Source of the DNA: an uncultured Gammaproteobacteria bacterium
GTDB lineage: Bacteria > Patescibacteriota > Patescibacteriia > UBA11705
Direction: 5' to 3'
Assembly: GCA_964413735.1 (NCBI GenBank)
Contig: CAYPSS010000002.1
Location: 80,261 to 144,260 of the forward strand
Length of the DNA: 64,000 bases
The position numbers and the translations under genes were made by a program. The notes beneath the pieces were generated by a model. The model made no database searches. It worked only from the letters and a program-made list of their open reading frames with translations, and was not told the origin of the DNA. Position 1 is the stretch's first letter; each line of letters opens with the position of its first letter. Positions 49,015-59,083 of the stretch are shown piece after piece.

Positions 49015-50610
49015 CTATTTTTTTATTAAGCTTTTTCCCACCACATGGTTTGATTTATTCGGCAATTTAAGAAAATCATAAATTGTCGGAGCAATATCTC
49101 CCAAATTACCGTTTTTTCTTAATTTAATCTTTTTGTTTTTGTTATCGATCAAAATAAACGGCACCGGATTTTGGGTATGTTCAGTAAAAATTTCTCCGGT
49201 TTCCAGATCAATCATTTTTTCCGCATTACCATGATCAGCCGTCACAAACAAAACACCATTATTTTTCAAAACTGATCGACTTATTTCCCCCAAACATTTA
49301 TCAACATGTTCTACTGCTTTAATTGTCGCTTTCAGATCCCCAGTATGCCCCACCATATCCGGATTGGCAAAATTGGCAACAATAAAATCCGCTTTTTTCT
49401 GTTCAATATTTTTACAAATATATTGTGAAATTTTATAAGCGGACATTTCCGGTTTATCTTTGTAATTTTTGATTTTCGGCGACATGATACGAACACGTTT
49501 TTCATTATAAACCGGATCCGGATAACCACCATTTAAGAAATATGTAACATGAGCATATTTTTCCGATTCCGCAATATATAGCTGACGATATGAATTCATC
49601 ATAAACGGCATAGTAGCAACCTCATCAACACCCGGATAAGCGGTAATTAAGTTTTCCGATAAATCTGGCCCAAAATCAGTTAAAGCACAGAACAAAACAT
49701 CTTTAAGAATCTTGGATCTCTTAAAAGCGGTGGGATTTTTTTTATTAAAATCTTTTTGCGAAAAGCATTTTGCCAATTGTCGAGCTCGATCAGATCGTAA
49801 ATTGAAAAAAATAATCGCATCATGATCCTTAATTCTGGAATCATCAATTTCTTCCGCTATTCCATTAATTATACACGGCTCAATGTATTCATCAGTCAAA
49901 CCACGATTATAAGCTTCTTCAATCGCTAATTTATAATTTTGATAAATCTTGATATTTTTAGTGGAAATTAAACATTCATACGCCAAACGAGTTCGATCCC
50001 AATTTTTAGCTCGATCCATGGCAAAAAATCTACCCATTAAACTCGCGACTTTAATCTTAGTAGCACCGCTTGAACCATTATTTCCATTATTTATTTTTTT
50101 CATTAAATCAACCACAATGCGCATCGCAGAATGTTGCGGGGAATCACGACCATCGGTAAACAAATGTAAATATACTTCCGATATTTTATTTAAACGAGCC
50201 AGCCTTACTAAAGCCAATAAATGATTAAGAGAACTATGAGGACTTTCACCATCAGAAATCAAACCCATTAAATGCAAACGAGATTTTTTGGCCAATAAAT
50301 GATTTACAACATGTTTAAAAGCCATGTTATTAAAAAAAGATTTATCATCAATTGCTCGGTTAATAATCACACTATCTTGGAAAACAATGTGTCCGGCTCC
50401 AATATTCATATGTCCGGCTTCCGAATTTCCCGGCTGATTTTCCGACAAACCCACCTGGCCATTACTGGCATCCAACAATGTATGCGGAAAATTTTTCCAC
50501 AGTCGATCAAAATTGGGGGTCTTGGCCAAAGCCACCGCATTACCCTGACTTGGCGGAGCAACTCCCCAACCATCCAGAATCAATAATACTGCCGGTTGAT
50601 ATTTTTTCAT
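49015..50610 (-). CDS. gpmI: 2,3-bisphosphoglycerate-independent phosphoglycerate mutase, copy 2 (divergent tandem paralog)
   Basis: VLLILDGWGVAP, NSEAGHMNIGAG, ADHGN. About 40% identical to copy 1. Confidence 0.85.
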   Translation of the reverse strand: MKKYQPAVLLILDGWGVAPPSQGNAVALAKTPNFDRLWKNFPHTLLDASNGQVGLSENQPGNSEAGHMNIGAGHIVFQDSVIINRAIDDKSFFNNMAFKHVVNHLLAKKSRLHLMGLISDGESPHSSLNHLLALVRLARLNKISEVYLHLFTDGRDSPQHSAMRIVVDLMKKINNGNNGSSGATKIKVASLMGRFFAMDRAKNWDRTRLAYECLISTKNIKIYQNYKLAIEEAYNRGLTDEYIEPCIINGIAEEIDDSRIKDHDAIIFFNLRSDRARQLAKCFSQKDFNKKNPTAFKRSKILKDVLFCALTDFGPDLSENLITAYPGVDEVATMPFMMNSYRQLYIAESEKYAHVTYFLNGGYPDPVYNEKRVRIMSPKIKNYKDKPEMSAYKISQYICKNIEQKKADFIVANFANPDMVGHTGDLKATIKAVEHVDKCLGEISRSVLKNNGVLFVTADHGNAEKMIDLETGEIFTEHTQNPVPFILIDNKNKKIKLRKNGNLGDIAPTIYDFLKLPNKSNHVVGKSLIKK

Positions 50611-50611
50611 A

Positions 50612-51877
50612 TTAACAATTTTTTAATTCCAACTCAATCTCCATCAGGCGATTATATTTCGCGACTCGATCAGAGCGAGATAATGATCCAGTTTTAATAA
50701 AATCAGCATTAACCGCCACTGCTAAATCAGCAATAAAAGTATCACAAGTTTCACCAGAACGATGCGAAACACTTACTTTATAACCATTATTTTTCGCTAA
50801 ATAAATACTAGCAATTGTTTCCGTCAAAGTCCCGATTTGATTCACTTTTATCAAAATACCATTAGCCACACCATTTTCAATCCCATGGTGCAATCGATCA
50901 ACATTAGTCACAAACAAATCATCACCAATAATCGTCACTTTATCACCTAAAAATCCAGTAATTTTTGCCCAACCACCCCAATCATCTTCCGCCAAAGGAT
51001 CCTCAATGGAAATAATTGGATATTTAACGAGCCACTTATCTAAAATTTTAATCACTTGATCACCTGTAATTAAAGCTTTCATTTTTTTGTCCTCAAGTGA
51101 ATATTGTTTTTTCTTTTTGTCATAATACTCACTTAAAGCTAAATCCATAGCCAAAAAAGCGTCTTTCCCTGGACGATAGCCAGCGCGTTTAATTGCTTCA
51201 ATTATAAATTTCAATGCCTCTTCATTACTCTTTAAATTCGGCGCAAAGCCTCCTTCATCACCAACCAGTGTTTGATAACCCGCATCTTTTAACAAAACCT
51301 TTAAATGATGGAAAACTTCAGCTCCAATTCTAATTCGATTGGCCATATTACCAGCCACCGGCACAACCATCATTTCTTGAATGGTTAAAGAATTATCAGC
51401 GTGCTTACCACCATTAATAATGTTCATAGTTGGAATCGGCATTTGCCACTTTTTTTCTTCCAAACAATAAATATAGCGTAAATATTTATAAAGTGGCATC
51501 TTTAAACTCATTGCTCCGGCGCGTGCGACGGCCAAAGAAACTGATAAAATCGCATTCGCACCTAGTTTTGATTTATTTTCTGTCCCGTCAAGATCAAGCA
51601 ATAAGCGATCAATTTCTAATTGCTTAACCGCTTTCATCCCAATCAATCGTGGAGCGATTTTTTTATTAACATTATTAACCGCTTTCAAAACACCTTTACC
51701 TAAATATCTTTTTTTATCATTATCACGCAATTCAACCGCTTCATGTTCACCGGTTGAAGCTCCACTGGGAACGGCCGCTTTCGCCATAATTCCATTTTTC
51801 AATTCAATAGTAGTTTCAATTGTCGGATTACCACGTGAATCCAATATTTCTCGGGCAAAAACTTTTTTTATTGTCAT
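50612..51877 (-). CDS. eno: Enolase
   Basis: [24 protein letters not shown]... is the enolase signature. Length 421 aa. Confidence 0.95.
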   Translation of the reverse strand: MTIKKVFAREILDSRGNPTIETTIELKNGIMAKAAVPSGASTGEHEAVELRDNDKKRYLGKGVLKAVNNVNKKIAPRLIGMKAVKQLEIDRLLLDLDGTENKSKLGANAILSVSLAVARAGAMSLKMPLYKYLRYIYCLEEKKWQMPIPTMNIINGGKHADNSLTIQEMMVVPVAGNMANRIRIGAEVFHHLKVLLKDAGYQTLVGDEGGFAPNLKSNEEALKFIIEAIKRAGYRPGKDAFLAMDLALSEYYDKKKKQYSLEDKKMKALITGDQVIKILDKWLVKYPIISIEDPLAEDDWGGWAKITGFLGDKVTIIGDDLFVTNVDRLHHGIENGVANGILIKVNQIGTLTETIASIYLAKNNGYKVSVSHRSGETCDTFIADLAVAVNADFIKTGSLSRSDRVAKYNRLMEIELELKNC

Positions 51878-51889
51878 ATTTTTAAAAAA

Positions 51890-53071
51890 TTATTTTTGTA
51901 AAACGAAAATTCCCGGTAATTCCTTACCTTCTAAAAATTCGAGCATTGCGCCTCCGCCAGTCGATATAAAACTGATTTTTTTTGCTACACTAGCCATGTT
52001 GACACTGGCAATGGTTTCTCCACCACCCACAACAGAAACCGCTTTATTGTTTTTTGTAATCATAGATAAGGTTTTCGCCAACATGACCGATGATTTTTCA
52101 AACGGTTTTTCATCAATCAAACCAAAAGGGCCACCCCAAACTAAAGTTTTGGCTTTTTTAATTTCTTGAGCAATATTTCTAATGGTTTCCATCCCCACAT
52201 CCAAAATTTGTTCATCGGCTTCGCAAATCATTTTTCCCCACTCAAGCTTTTGATATCTTTTTTTAGTATGATCATTTTTTTTCACCACCACAAAATCTTG
52301 CGGTACAATTACCCTATTTTGTGACAACTTTTTCGCTTGATTCAAATATTGTTCATCGAAAACTGAGCTCCCAATATTATAACCTCGCGCTTTTAAAATA
52401 GTATTAGCCACACCACCGCCAACAAAAATTTTATTATATTTTTTCAAAAACTGACTAATTACTCCGAATTTTGAGTCCAATTTTACTCCACCAATAAAAG
52501 CAAAAGCCGGTTTTTTCGGATTTCGGGCTTTAGAAAGAAAATTTATTTCATTAAGTAAATTCAAGCCCGCATAACCTGGAATAAAATTAACTATTCCAGT
52601 TAAAGAAGCGCCTTGACGATGACAAACCGCAAAAGCATCATTAACATATACATCAGCCATTGAAGCTAAATATTTGGCAAATTGAAGATCGTTTTTTTCT
52701 TCTCCGGCATTAAAACGCAAATTTTCCAACACGACTACCGATGAACGACTTTTTTTCACTTGACTGATTAATTTTTCATCAAACTTTTTCGAAACAAAAG
52801 AAATTGAAACGCCCTTCATTTTCTTTTTTAATAATGCCACTACCGGTTTAAGAGTGAATTTTTCATCCCACTGTCCTTCCGGCCGACCCAAATGCGTTCC
52901 AATTATAACTTTGCACTTATTTTTCAATAAAAATTTTATCGTAGGCAATGTTCGATCAATTCGATAATCTTCGAAAATTTTATTACCTTTGATCGCCACA
53001 TTAAAGTCTGCGCGTAAAAAAACCGTTTTATTTTTTAAATTTTTTACTTGTTTGATTGATTTTATTTTCAT
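51890..53071 (-). CDS. pgk: Phosphoglycerate kinase
   Basis: The N-terminal domain has VFLRADFNV and the C-terminal domain has GGGA(M/N). Length 393 aa. Confidence 0.9.
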   Translation of the reverse strand: MKIKSIKQVKNLKNKTVFLRADFNVAIKGNKIFEDYRIDRTLPTIKFLLKNKCKVIIGTHLGRPEGQWDEKFTLKPVVALLKKKMKGVSISFVSKKFDEKLISQVKKSRSSVVVLENLRFNAGEEKNDLQFAKYLASMADVYVNDAFAVCHRQGASLTGIVNFIPGYAGLNLLNEINFLSKARNPKKPAFAFIGGVKLDSKFGVISQFLKKYNKIFVGGGVANTILKARGYNIGSSVFDEQYLNQAKKLSQNRVIVPQDFVVVKKNDHTKKRYQKLEWGKMICEADEQILDVGMETIRNIAQEIKKAKTLVWGGPFGLIDEKPFEKSSVMLAKTLSMITKNNKAVSVVGGGETIASVNMASVAKKISFISTGGGAMLEFLEGKELPGIFVLQK

Positions 53072-53089
53072 ATTTCCGAGTTTAAATCA

Positions 53090-53410
53090 TCCCAACTGGG
53101 ATTAAAACTGTTTATTAAATTAATTTTCCACCGTCTTTTCATTTTTACTTCCCACAAACTATCCAAGCACGGCGGGGTCTGGGGCGGAGTTCTTCGCCAC
53201 GATATATCCTTCTAACATGAACAGCACTCGCGAATAACGGAGCCCCAGGACTCCTGCCTACCGGCAGGCAGGTTTGTTACTTTTGGTCACAAAAGTAAAC
53301 ATAATAAAAGAATAAATTAATTGTTTTTTCTCTAAGGCTTAACTTGGGAATCCACGAAAACAAGCACCAATCTACCTGGACTGTTGGGCTAAACCCGACA
53401 GATACAATAA
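53090..53410 (-). ncRNA. GC-rich structured element between the hypA-like gene and pgk; candidate ncRNA (possibly a reduced RNase P-like RNA) or a structured pgk leader
   Basis: About 55% GC in an AT-rich context. Minus-strand reading contains GGCAGGAGUCCUGGGGCUCC (compare RNase P CR-I GGCAGGAAAGUCCGGGCUCC). About 90 nt further 3' it contains CCCCAGACCCCGCCGUGCUUGG, which can pair with the CR-I-like strand as a P4-like helix and resembles CR-V ACAGAACCCGGCUUA. Perfect hairpins include CCTGCC-TACC-GGCAGG and GTTACTTTTG-TGACC-AAAAGTAAC. No ORF. Confidence 0.3.
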
Positions 53411-53665
53411 TTATTCTCCTTCAATAGAAACTAATTTCCAATCCCCTCCAGCAACTTTTTCAATATTAATGTCCGCACCATTGATAATTGAATCCCGACT
53501 AAGCATTATTATGTTAAATTTCAAATTTTCTGCATCAATCGCCGCCCCATGTTCAATCACGGTTCCCAGTTCAATATTGATTTTGGTTACTTTTTTTAAT
53601 TTATTGTTTTCAGCTGATTCTAGAGCTAATTTATGAATCCGATCAGCCACATGTAAATCATGCAT
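53411..53665 (-). CDS. HypA-like [NiFe]-hydrogenase nickel-insertion protein lacking the zinc-finger segment
   Basis: MHDLHVADRIHKLALESAENNKLKKVTKINIELGTV...ENLKFNII parallels the HypA N-domain (MHE...KV..V.L.IG.LS.V..E.L.F.F). The C terminus VAGGDWKLVSIEGE parallels the HypA end (VADDGLQIRRIEIDQE). The intervening CxxC...CxxC region is absent, leaving 84 aa. Confidence 0.5.
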   Translation of the reverse strand: MHDLHVADRIHKLALESAENNKLKKVTKINIELGTVIEHGAAIDAENLKFNIIMLSRDSIINGADINIEKVAGGDWKLVSIEGE

Positions 53666-53808
53666 ATTATTATGATTTTATGAAAATATTATAGCACAAT
53701 TTATCCAATTTTATCAAAAAAATTCAAATTTATTACCATTTGACAAAATTTAATTTATATTACAAGATAAAACCAGGTTCTTTAACAATCAAACCCTAAG
53801 GAGGGAAG

Positions 53809-55680
53809 ATGATGAAAAATGCAATATCATTACTAATTGGTTTGCTCATTGCCATTAATTGTAATGAAAGCCATCCAAACAATTATTCCACTTCGAATTA
53901 TCCAACTCAATCAAAATCAGAAATTTATACTGAAAAATTAGCGGAGATTCATAGACTACAAAAAGCATTGAAAAGGAAAAAAAATCTATCTCAGTCAAAA
54001 ATTTCACAATTTCAAGAACAAATAGCTTCGGCTCGCATAGAAATTACTCAACAAATTGATCTTAATTCTAACAATAGTTACGAAAAAGCCATTAGCAATC
54101 AAATTGTCAATAACAACTTACAAGTAATTCAACGTGCTGATGCCTATATAGAAGTTTTCGAAGAAACACTTAGAAAAATCAAAGCTTCAGAAATTGAAAT
54201 CGTTCGTATAGAGAAATTTACAACAGTGGACTTAATTGCTCTTGAAGGAATTGAGAATAACAATGAATTTGATGACTTATTGAGAAAAATTAATCGCATG
54301 ATAAATGATATTCAACCAAATGCCGAAGAACTGGTCACCCCGAAAAATATAACCCCCAAAAAATCACTAAATGAAATCTGGAATAAATATTTCCATCATA
54401 CAACTCAATCAAAAACCTCGACAAAATACTCAAAAGTTCAACCTCCCGAACCAAAGATTGATTTAATCAAACAAAGACAAGTCTTATCAAATACCGATAT
54501 TTCTTCTCAATCGATTTACCCTAGTTATATCATATCGACAGGAATAATTAATTCCCCAAAGCAACTTAAATGGAATAAAAATAGTACTCATATTGCAGCG
54601 CTTTATGAAGATGGCATTTTAGTTTGGGCACCATTTAAAGAAAAAAATATCTTTATTCCGGCCGAAATGAAAACATTTGAAACTGGTAAAAATCAAAAAA
54701 TAAAGTTTTCAAAATTCAGATTAATTAATTGGAGTACGACAAACAATGATAATTTAATTGTTTTCAATAATCATGATGTGAATTTTAATATTTGGGATAT
54801 TTATTCTGGGAACAAATCAAACTCAATTCCAATAGAAGACTGCCGAATACCTGCAATAAAATTTTGGGATCAAAAATGGATTATACTACAATGCCAAGGC
54901 AATGCTAACAAAGGACTAATCTTAAAAGCTGATTCATTTCAAAAAGTTTTTAACATAAAAGGTGAAAAAGATTGGGAAAAGGCTACTTTTTTTTATGATG
55001 AGTCAAACAGACTGTTATTTAGTTATTATCACCAAAATACTATAGCAACAATAAACCCATGGATAAAAAGTGATGCCAACAATACAATCCGACTTTGTCG
55101 CAAACAAAATGAACCATTTTCAAATTCAACTGAATGGAAAAAGGACCAAGAAACAATTCAACCTTGTCCTGAACAACCCCATTTTGAATTTTCTATCACT
55201 AAAATCGATTGGATGGAATCAGGGAATTATTTGATTGCAAAAACAAATTTTGGAAAAATTTTAGTTTGGGACAATATACGAAATAGAATAATTGCTACTT
55301 ACACTGACTTTCTGAATAATTCACCACCAATCAAGTGGTCATCTATTAATAAATTGATAGCCATAATAGACTATTCCACTGTCAGATTCTTATCTTTGGA
55401 ATCAGGAAAAATAGATATTAAAATTAAAGAACCTGGAATCGTTAATTTTATTTGGCATCCGACAAAAGAGTTCTGGTATTTTGTTCAAACATGTAATGAT
55501 AATAAATGCCAATTAAAAGCAAAAAATTTGGTTCAAAACAAAGAAATAGTATTTTTGACTAACTCAAAGTCATCCACACAACAAGTTAGTACAATCACTA
55601 TTAGTAATAATCAACAACACTTAGTCGGGACATCTAATACAGGAGATATATTCGTATGGGATATTTCTATTTTACAATAA
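53809..55680 (+). CDS. Secreted or lipid-anchored protein: N-terminal coiled coil plus C-terminal WD40-like beta-propeller
   Basis: AAGGAGGG SD. Signal peptide MMKNAISLLIGLLIAINC. Recurrent WD-type blade endings (IWDIYSG, VWDNIRN, VWDISIL). Confidence 0.55.
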   Translation: MMKNAISLLIGLLIAINCNESHPNNYSTSNYPTQSKSEIYTEKLAEIHRLQKALKRKKNLSQSKISQFQEQIASARIEITQQIDLNSNNSYEKAISNQIVNNNLQVIQRADAYIEVFEETLRKIKASEIEIVRIEKFTTVDLIALEGIENNNEFDDLLRKINRMINDIQPNAEELVTPKNITPKKSLNEIWNKYFHHTTQSKTSTKYSKVQPPEPKIDLIKQRQVLSNTDISSQSIYPSYIISTGIINSPKQLKWNKNSTHIAALYEDGILVWAPFKEKNIFIPAEMKTFETGKNQKIKFSKFRLINWSTTNNDNLIVFNNHDVNFNIWDIYSGNKSNSIPIEDCRIPAIKFWDQKWIILQCQGNANKGLILKADSFQKVFNIKGEKDWEKATFFYDESNRLLFSYYHQNTIATINPWIKSDANNTIRLCRKQNEPFSNSTEWKKDQETIQPCPEQPHFEFSITKIDWMESGNYLIAKTNFGKILVWDNIRNRIIATYTDFLNNSPPIKWSSINKLIAIIDYSTVRFLSLESGKIDIKIKEPGIVNFIWHPTKEFWYFVQTCNDNKCQLKAKNLVQNKEIVFLTNSKSSTQQVSTITISNNQQHLVGTSNTGDIFVWDISILQ

Positions 55681-55809
55681 ATTCAACCGACAAAATTTGT
55701 CGGTTTTTTTATTGACATTACCAACAATTTATGCAAAAGTTATAGTGATCTTGACTGGTAAAAGGTTGACTGGGTAGCACTTTAACAATCAAACCCAAAG
55801 GAGGAAACA

Positions 55810-56631
55810 ATGAATAGAAACAAACAAATTTTTTGGGGAGTGTTTTTTGCTGGTTTGGCAGTAATTCTATTGATTGGTTTAATGAAATTCAGTAATATCC
55901 TCGCCTTCCTGATGATCCTGCCGTGGCTAGCCAACCAATTGGTAGAAAAAACCGGAATGAATATTTGGCTCGCCCGAGCCATTGCCACTATCCCCACAAT
56001 TTTGCTTCTTGTTGGTTTAAGCATGTCAATGTCATATTTCCCTGCTTTCCAGAAGGAATTCCCCTTCTTACGCTTTCAGAAAATCAAACGAATTTGGGGC
56101 TATGCTCTTTTAACCACTCTATTCATCGGTTATTCAATCACCATGTTTGCGATGGATGATGCCCAACTCTTTGATCCAAAAACCGGCCATGCTAAGAAAT
56201 GCCTTGCCTTAGGAACCACTGACTACGAAGAAATTAATTGCGATTGGGATTTTCATCCGGTAACTGGAAACCCAGTCATCAAAGATCGAGCCCAAGTTAA
56301 AGCGATTTTCACGGCCAAACAAACCTCTCCTCATGATCCCGGTCCCAGCAAAAAAATCATCAATAATGGCCAATTGCGTTTCTTTGACAGTGCCGGTAAC
56401 CCTCTAGTCTGGTACTATGAATATGAAGATGGCCGGATTGAACTTTTTGATCAACCGGGAAAACATCCTCAATGGAATACAGATTTAATCGCCATTAATC
56501 CCGCCATCGTAAAAAAGTTACTGAATTATCGTGATTCACCACAACCGGGAAATAAAATTATTTTCAACCAAACCAACAATGCCAATCCATTAATCGAATT
56601 ACGTGATTACTTACTCAAATTACATCAGTAA
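55810..56631 (+). CDS. Membrane protein (3 N-terminal TM helices) with a C-terminal soluble domain
   Basis: AAAGGAGG SD. Hydrophobic N terminus. No motif recognised. Confidence 0.5.
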   Translation: MNRNKQIFWGVFFAGLAVILLIGLMKFSNILAFLMILPWLANQLVEKTGMNIWLARAIATIPTILLLVGLSMSMSYFPAFQKEFPFLRFQKIKRIWGYALLTTLFIGYSITMFAMDDAQLFDPKTGHAKKCLALGTTDYEEINCDWDFHPVTGNPVIKDRAQVKAIFTAKQTSPHDPGPSKKIINNGQLRFFDSAGNPLVWYYEYEDGRIELFDQPGKHPQWNTDLIAINPAIVKKLLNYRDSPQPGNKIIFNQTNNANPLIELRDYLLKLHQ

Positions 56632-56632
56632 A

Positions 56633-56662
56633 ACAAAACAGCACCAAGTGCTGTTTTTTCAA
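56633..56662. terminator. Bidirectional hairpin terminator between the convergent genes
   Basis: AAAACAGCAC-CAAG-TGCTGTTTTTT. Confidence 0.55.
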
Positions 56663-56677
56663 TATATTTTTTATAAA

Positions 56678-57973
56678 TTAATGCGTAGCACAACTGATAC
56701 ACGGATCATACGCCCGAATCAAAGTTTTAATCATTAATTTTTGTTTTTCATCTGACAAATTTTTTATTTGGGGTAATAATTTAACCAAATCAAACTCAAT
56801 ATTTGCCAAAAACATGGCTGTCGGCGTAATAATATTCGCATTAACCACTACTCCGTCACGATTTAATTCATAATAATGATACAAAGTTCCTCGTGGCGCT
56901 TCTATCGCCCCCACTCCTTTTCCAGGATTAGGCTTGAACTTAGTAAATAATTTCGGTTGCTTAATTTTCAAATATTTCGCCATTAGCTTTTGCGCTTCTT
57001 CAAAAGAATGAACCAATTCAACCACTTGTGCCAAGTTATTATAAAAAGAATTATAACATGGTAATTTTACCTTCAAACTATCCCAAATACCTTTTGCAAC
57101 CGGATTAAGCTGAAGATAACTATTGTTAATTCGTGCCAAAGCGCCGACCATATAAGTTCGCCCACGATGTTTCACTCGTTTAACCGCTTCACCAACCTCA
57201 TATTGTTCTTCAAAATCATAAAAATAATTATGAATCGGAATACGTTCCTTCAAATCACTGGAATACAAATTTCCGGAATAAAAAGCATATTCTCTTTTAT
57301 TTACCAAGGAAATATAATCCGTAGGATTCTCAAAGTCCGGCATGGTTGAATGTTTTTTAACGAAAGCCACTAAACGCAAAGCTTTGGGAATAATCTGTTC
57401 CAATTCATCGTACATTTTTTGTAATTCTTTTTTATCTGGTTCTACTTTGAATCCACCGACCACACTATTAATCGGATGCGTGGTCCGACCACCCACCAAA
57501 TCACCCAATCTGATTGACCAATCATGAACTTCTAGAGCTAAAGCCACTTCTTTGGGATATTTTTTTACTAAATCAAAATTATTGCTCACTCCGATAAAAT
57601 CAGGAAATGACAAAAATACCACATGCAACGCGTGACTATGAATAATTTGCGCTAAATTCAAAATTTTTCGGAGAATAATCGCGTCATCGGTTGGTACCAC
57701 ATTAAGCGCGTGTTCCAAAGCCTTGATTGCGCCTAAATTATGAACAATCGGACACACCCCACAAATTCGTGACGTGATAATTGGCACGTCATAATAACTG
57801 CGATTCAAAACAATCCCCTCCATTAATCGTGCCCCTTCCAAAGTCATCACTCGCGCACTGGCAATATCACCATTTTGCAAAGTACCTTCAAAACCCAAAT
57901 GGCCTTCAGTTTTCCCAATATGATCAATTTTAATGGTTTTCATAAGTAAATTATGGCAAATAAATAAATCCAA
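56678..57973 (-). CDS. hydA: [NiFe]-hydrogenase large (alpha) subunit, group 3-type, ending at the C-terminal His with no extension
   Basis: N-terminal Ni-Fe ligand motif RICGVCPIVH. C-terminal DPCISCATH is followed directly by the stop codon (TAA at 56678-56680). Confidence 0.85.
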   Translation of the reverse strand: MDLFICHNLLMKTIKIDHIGKTEGHLGFEGTLQNGDIASARVMTLEGARLMEGIVLNRSYYDVPIITSRICGVCPIVHNLGAIKALEHALNVVPTDDAIILRKILNLAQIIHSHALHVVFLSFPDFIGVSNNFDLVKKYPKEVALALEVHDWSIRLGDLVGGRTTHPINSVVGGFKVEPDKKELQKMYDELEQIIPKALRLVAFVKKHSTMPDFENPTDYISLVNKREYAFYSGNLYSSDLKERIPIHNYFYDFEEQYEVGEAVKRVKHRGRTYMVGALARINNSYLQLNPVAKGIWDSLKVKLPCYNSFYNNLAQVVELVHSFEEAQKLMAKYLKIKQPKLFTKFKPNPGKGVGAIEAPRGTLYHYYELNRDGVVVNANIITPTAMFLANIEFDLVKLLPQIKNLSDEKQKLMIKTLIRAYDPCISCATH

Positions 57974-59078
57974 GATCTAAATTTAATTGCTCAATTTTTT
58001 CACTAACTAATTTTTTTAATTCAGATTCCCGACACGGATAATTGGAAACTACTGTTTGCGATTGAACATCAACCGTCAATCTATCATTTACACAAGCCAG
58101 CGAATTACCAAATGAATTAATTTTATAAATTGCTTCCGCTGGCAAAGTCGAAACAATTATTTGATTCAAAATATTATTCGATAAATCATACACATATAAT
58201 GGACTGGGTCCCAATAACAAATTACCATTGTCATAAAAAATACTCTTGATATTTTTCGGCATTAAATTTCTAGGAATAATGACTTGAGTGGCTCCGGTCT
58301 CGTAATTAACAGCATAAATTTCTTCATACACATTATATTGATAATCAGGCGTTGGTTTGTGAACCCCAATGTAAACTTCTGTTGTTCCCAAAGCAATAAC
58401 CGATTCTCCATCACCCATCAACGACTCAACTTGAATAATTCTATTCACTTCATTTTCATTATTCATCCAATGCAAAATTTCTGATGCATATCCGGCATCT
58501 CCCATATAATTATGCAATACATAGCCATTATCAACCTTAGTGATATTACCGGCCGCTTGATCAGTAAGAAAAATCGGTTTTTTATTATCAACCTTCAAAT
58601 CAATATAATACATTAAATTAGGATTCATATATTCCGCCACACCGAAAAATAATTTATCACCAATAACCTTCATAAATGAAATCCCCAAATTTGCCGTCGA
58701 GTTCTTAGTGTATTTACTATCAATATCAGCTAAACTGAAAATGGTTTGTTTTTGCTTACTTTCAATATCATACGAATAAATTTCCGCATTATTACCATAA
58801 GCATCTGCCAAATATAAATTGTTTTCATGTTTAATAATATGTCCGTAATCATTATTAAAAGTATGCACGATGACTAATTCACCATGTCGGTTGTCATATA
58901 ATGTTTTGTGTTGCAAAGTAAAACTATTAAGAGTCGCTTCCTGATAAATTTGACTGTTTTTCTCTTGACCATTCAGTAACCAGGCGGAAAATAAACCAAC
59001 AAACAGTGAACAAAAAATCGCGCAAACCACCACTATAATGAAATACCGACTTTGTAAAAAAATGGAAATTTTTTTCAT
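57951..59078 (-). CDS. Membrane-anchored hypothetical protein (375 aa) inserted between the hydrogenase delta and alpha genes
   Basis: N-terminal TM helix (FIIVVVCAIFCSLFVGLFSAWLL) and a large beta-rich extracytoplasmic domain. Overlaps hydA by 23 nt, so it is translationally coupled. Confidence 0.5.
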   Translation of the reverse strand: MKKISIFLQSRYFIIVVVCAIFCSLFVGLFSAWLLNGQEKNSQIYQEATLNSFTLQHKTLYDNRHGELVIVHTFNNDYGHIIKHENNLYLADAYGNNAEIYSYDIESKQKQTIFSLADIDSKYTKNSTANLGISFMKVIGDKLFFGVAEYMNPNLMYYIDLKVDNKKPIFLTDQAAGNITKVDNGYVLHNYMGDAGYASEILHWMNNENEVNRIIQVESLMGDGESVIALGTTEVYIGVHKPTPDYQYNVYEEIYAVNYETGATQVIIPRNLMPKNIKSIFYDNGNLLLGPSPLYVYDLSNNILNQIIVSTLPAEAIYKINSFGNSLACVNDRLTVDVQSQTVVSNYPCRESELKKLVSEKIEQLNLDLGFIYLP

Positions 59079-59083
59079 ATTAT

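Noticed and set aside
55782-56024. ORF 55782..56024 (minus, 80 aa)
   Set aside because: It is antisense to the start of the SD-supported plus-strand gene 55810..56631.
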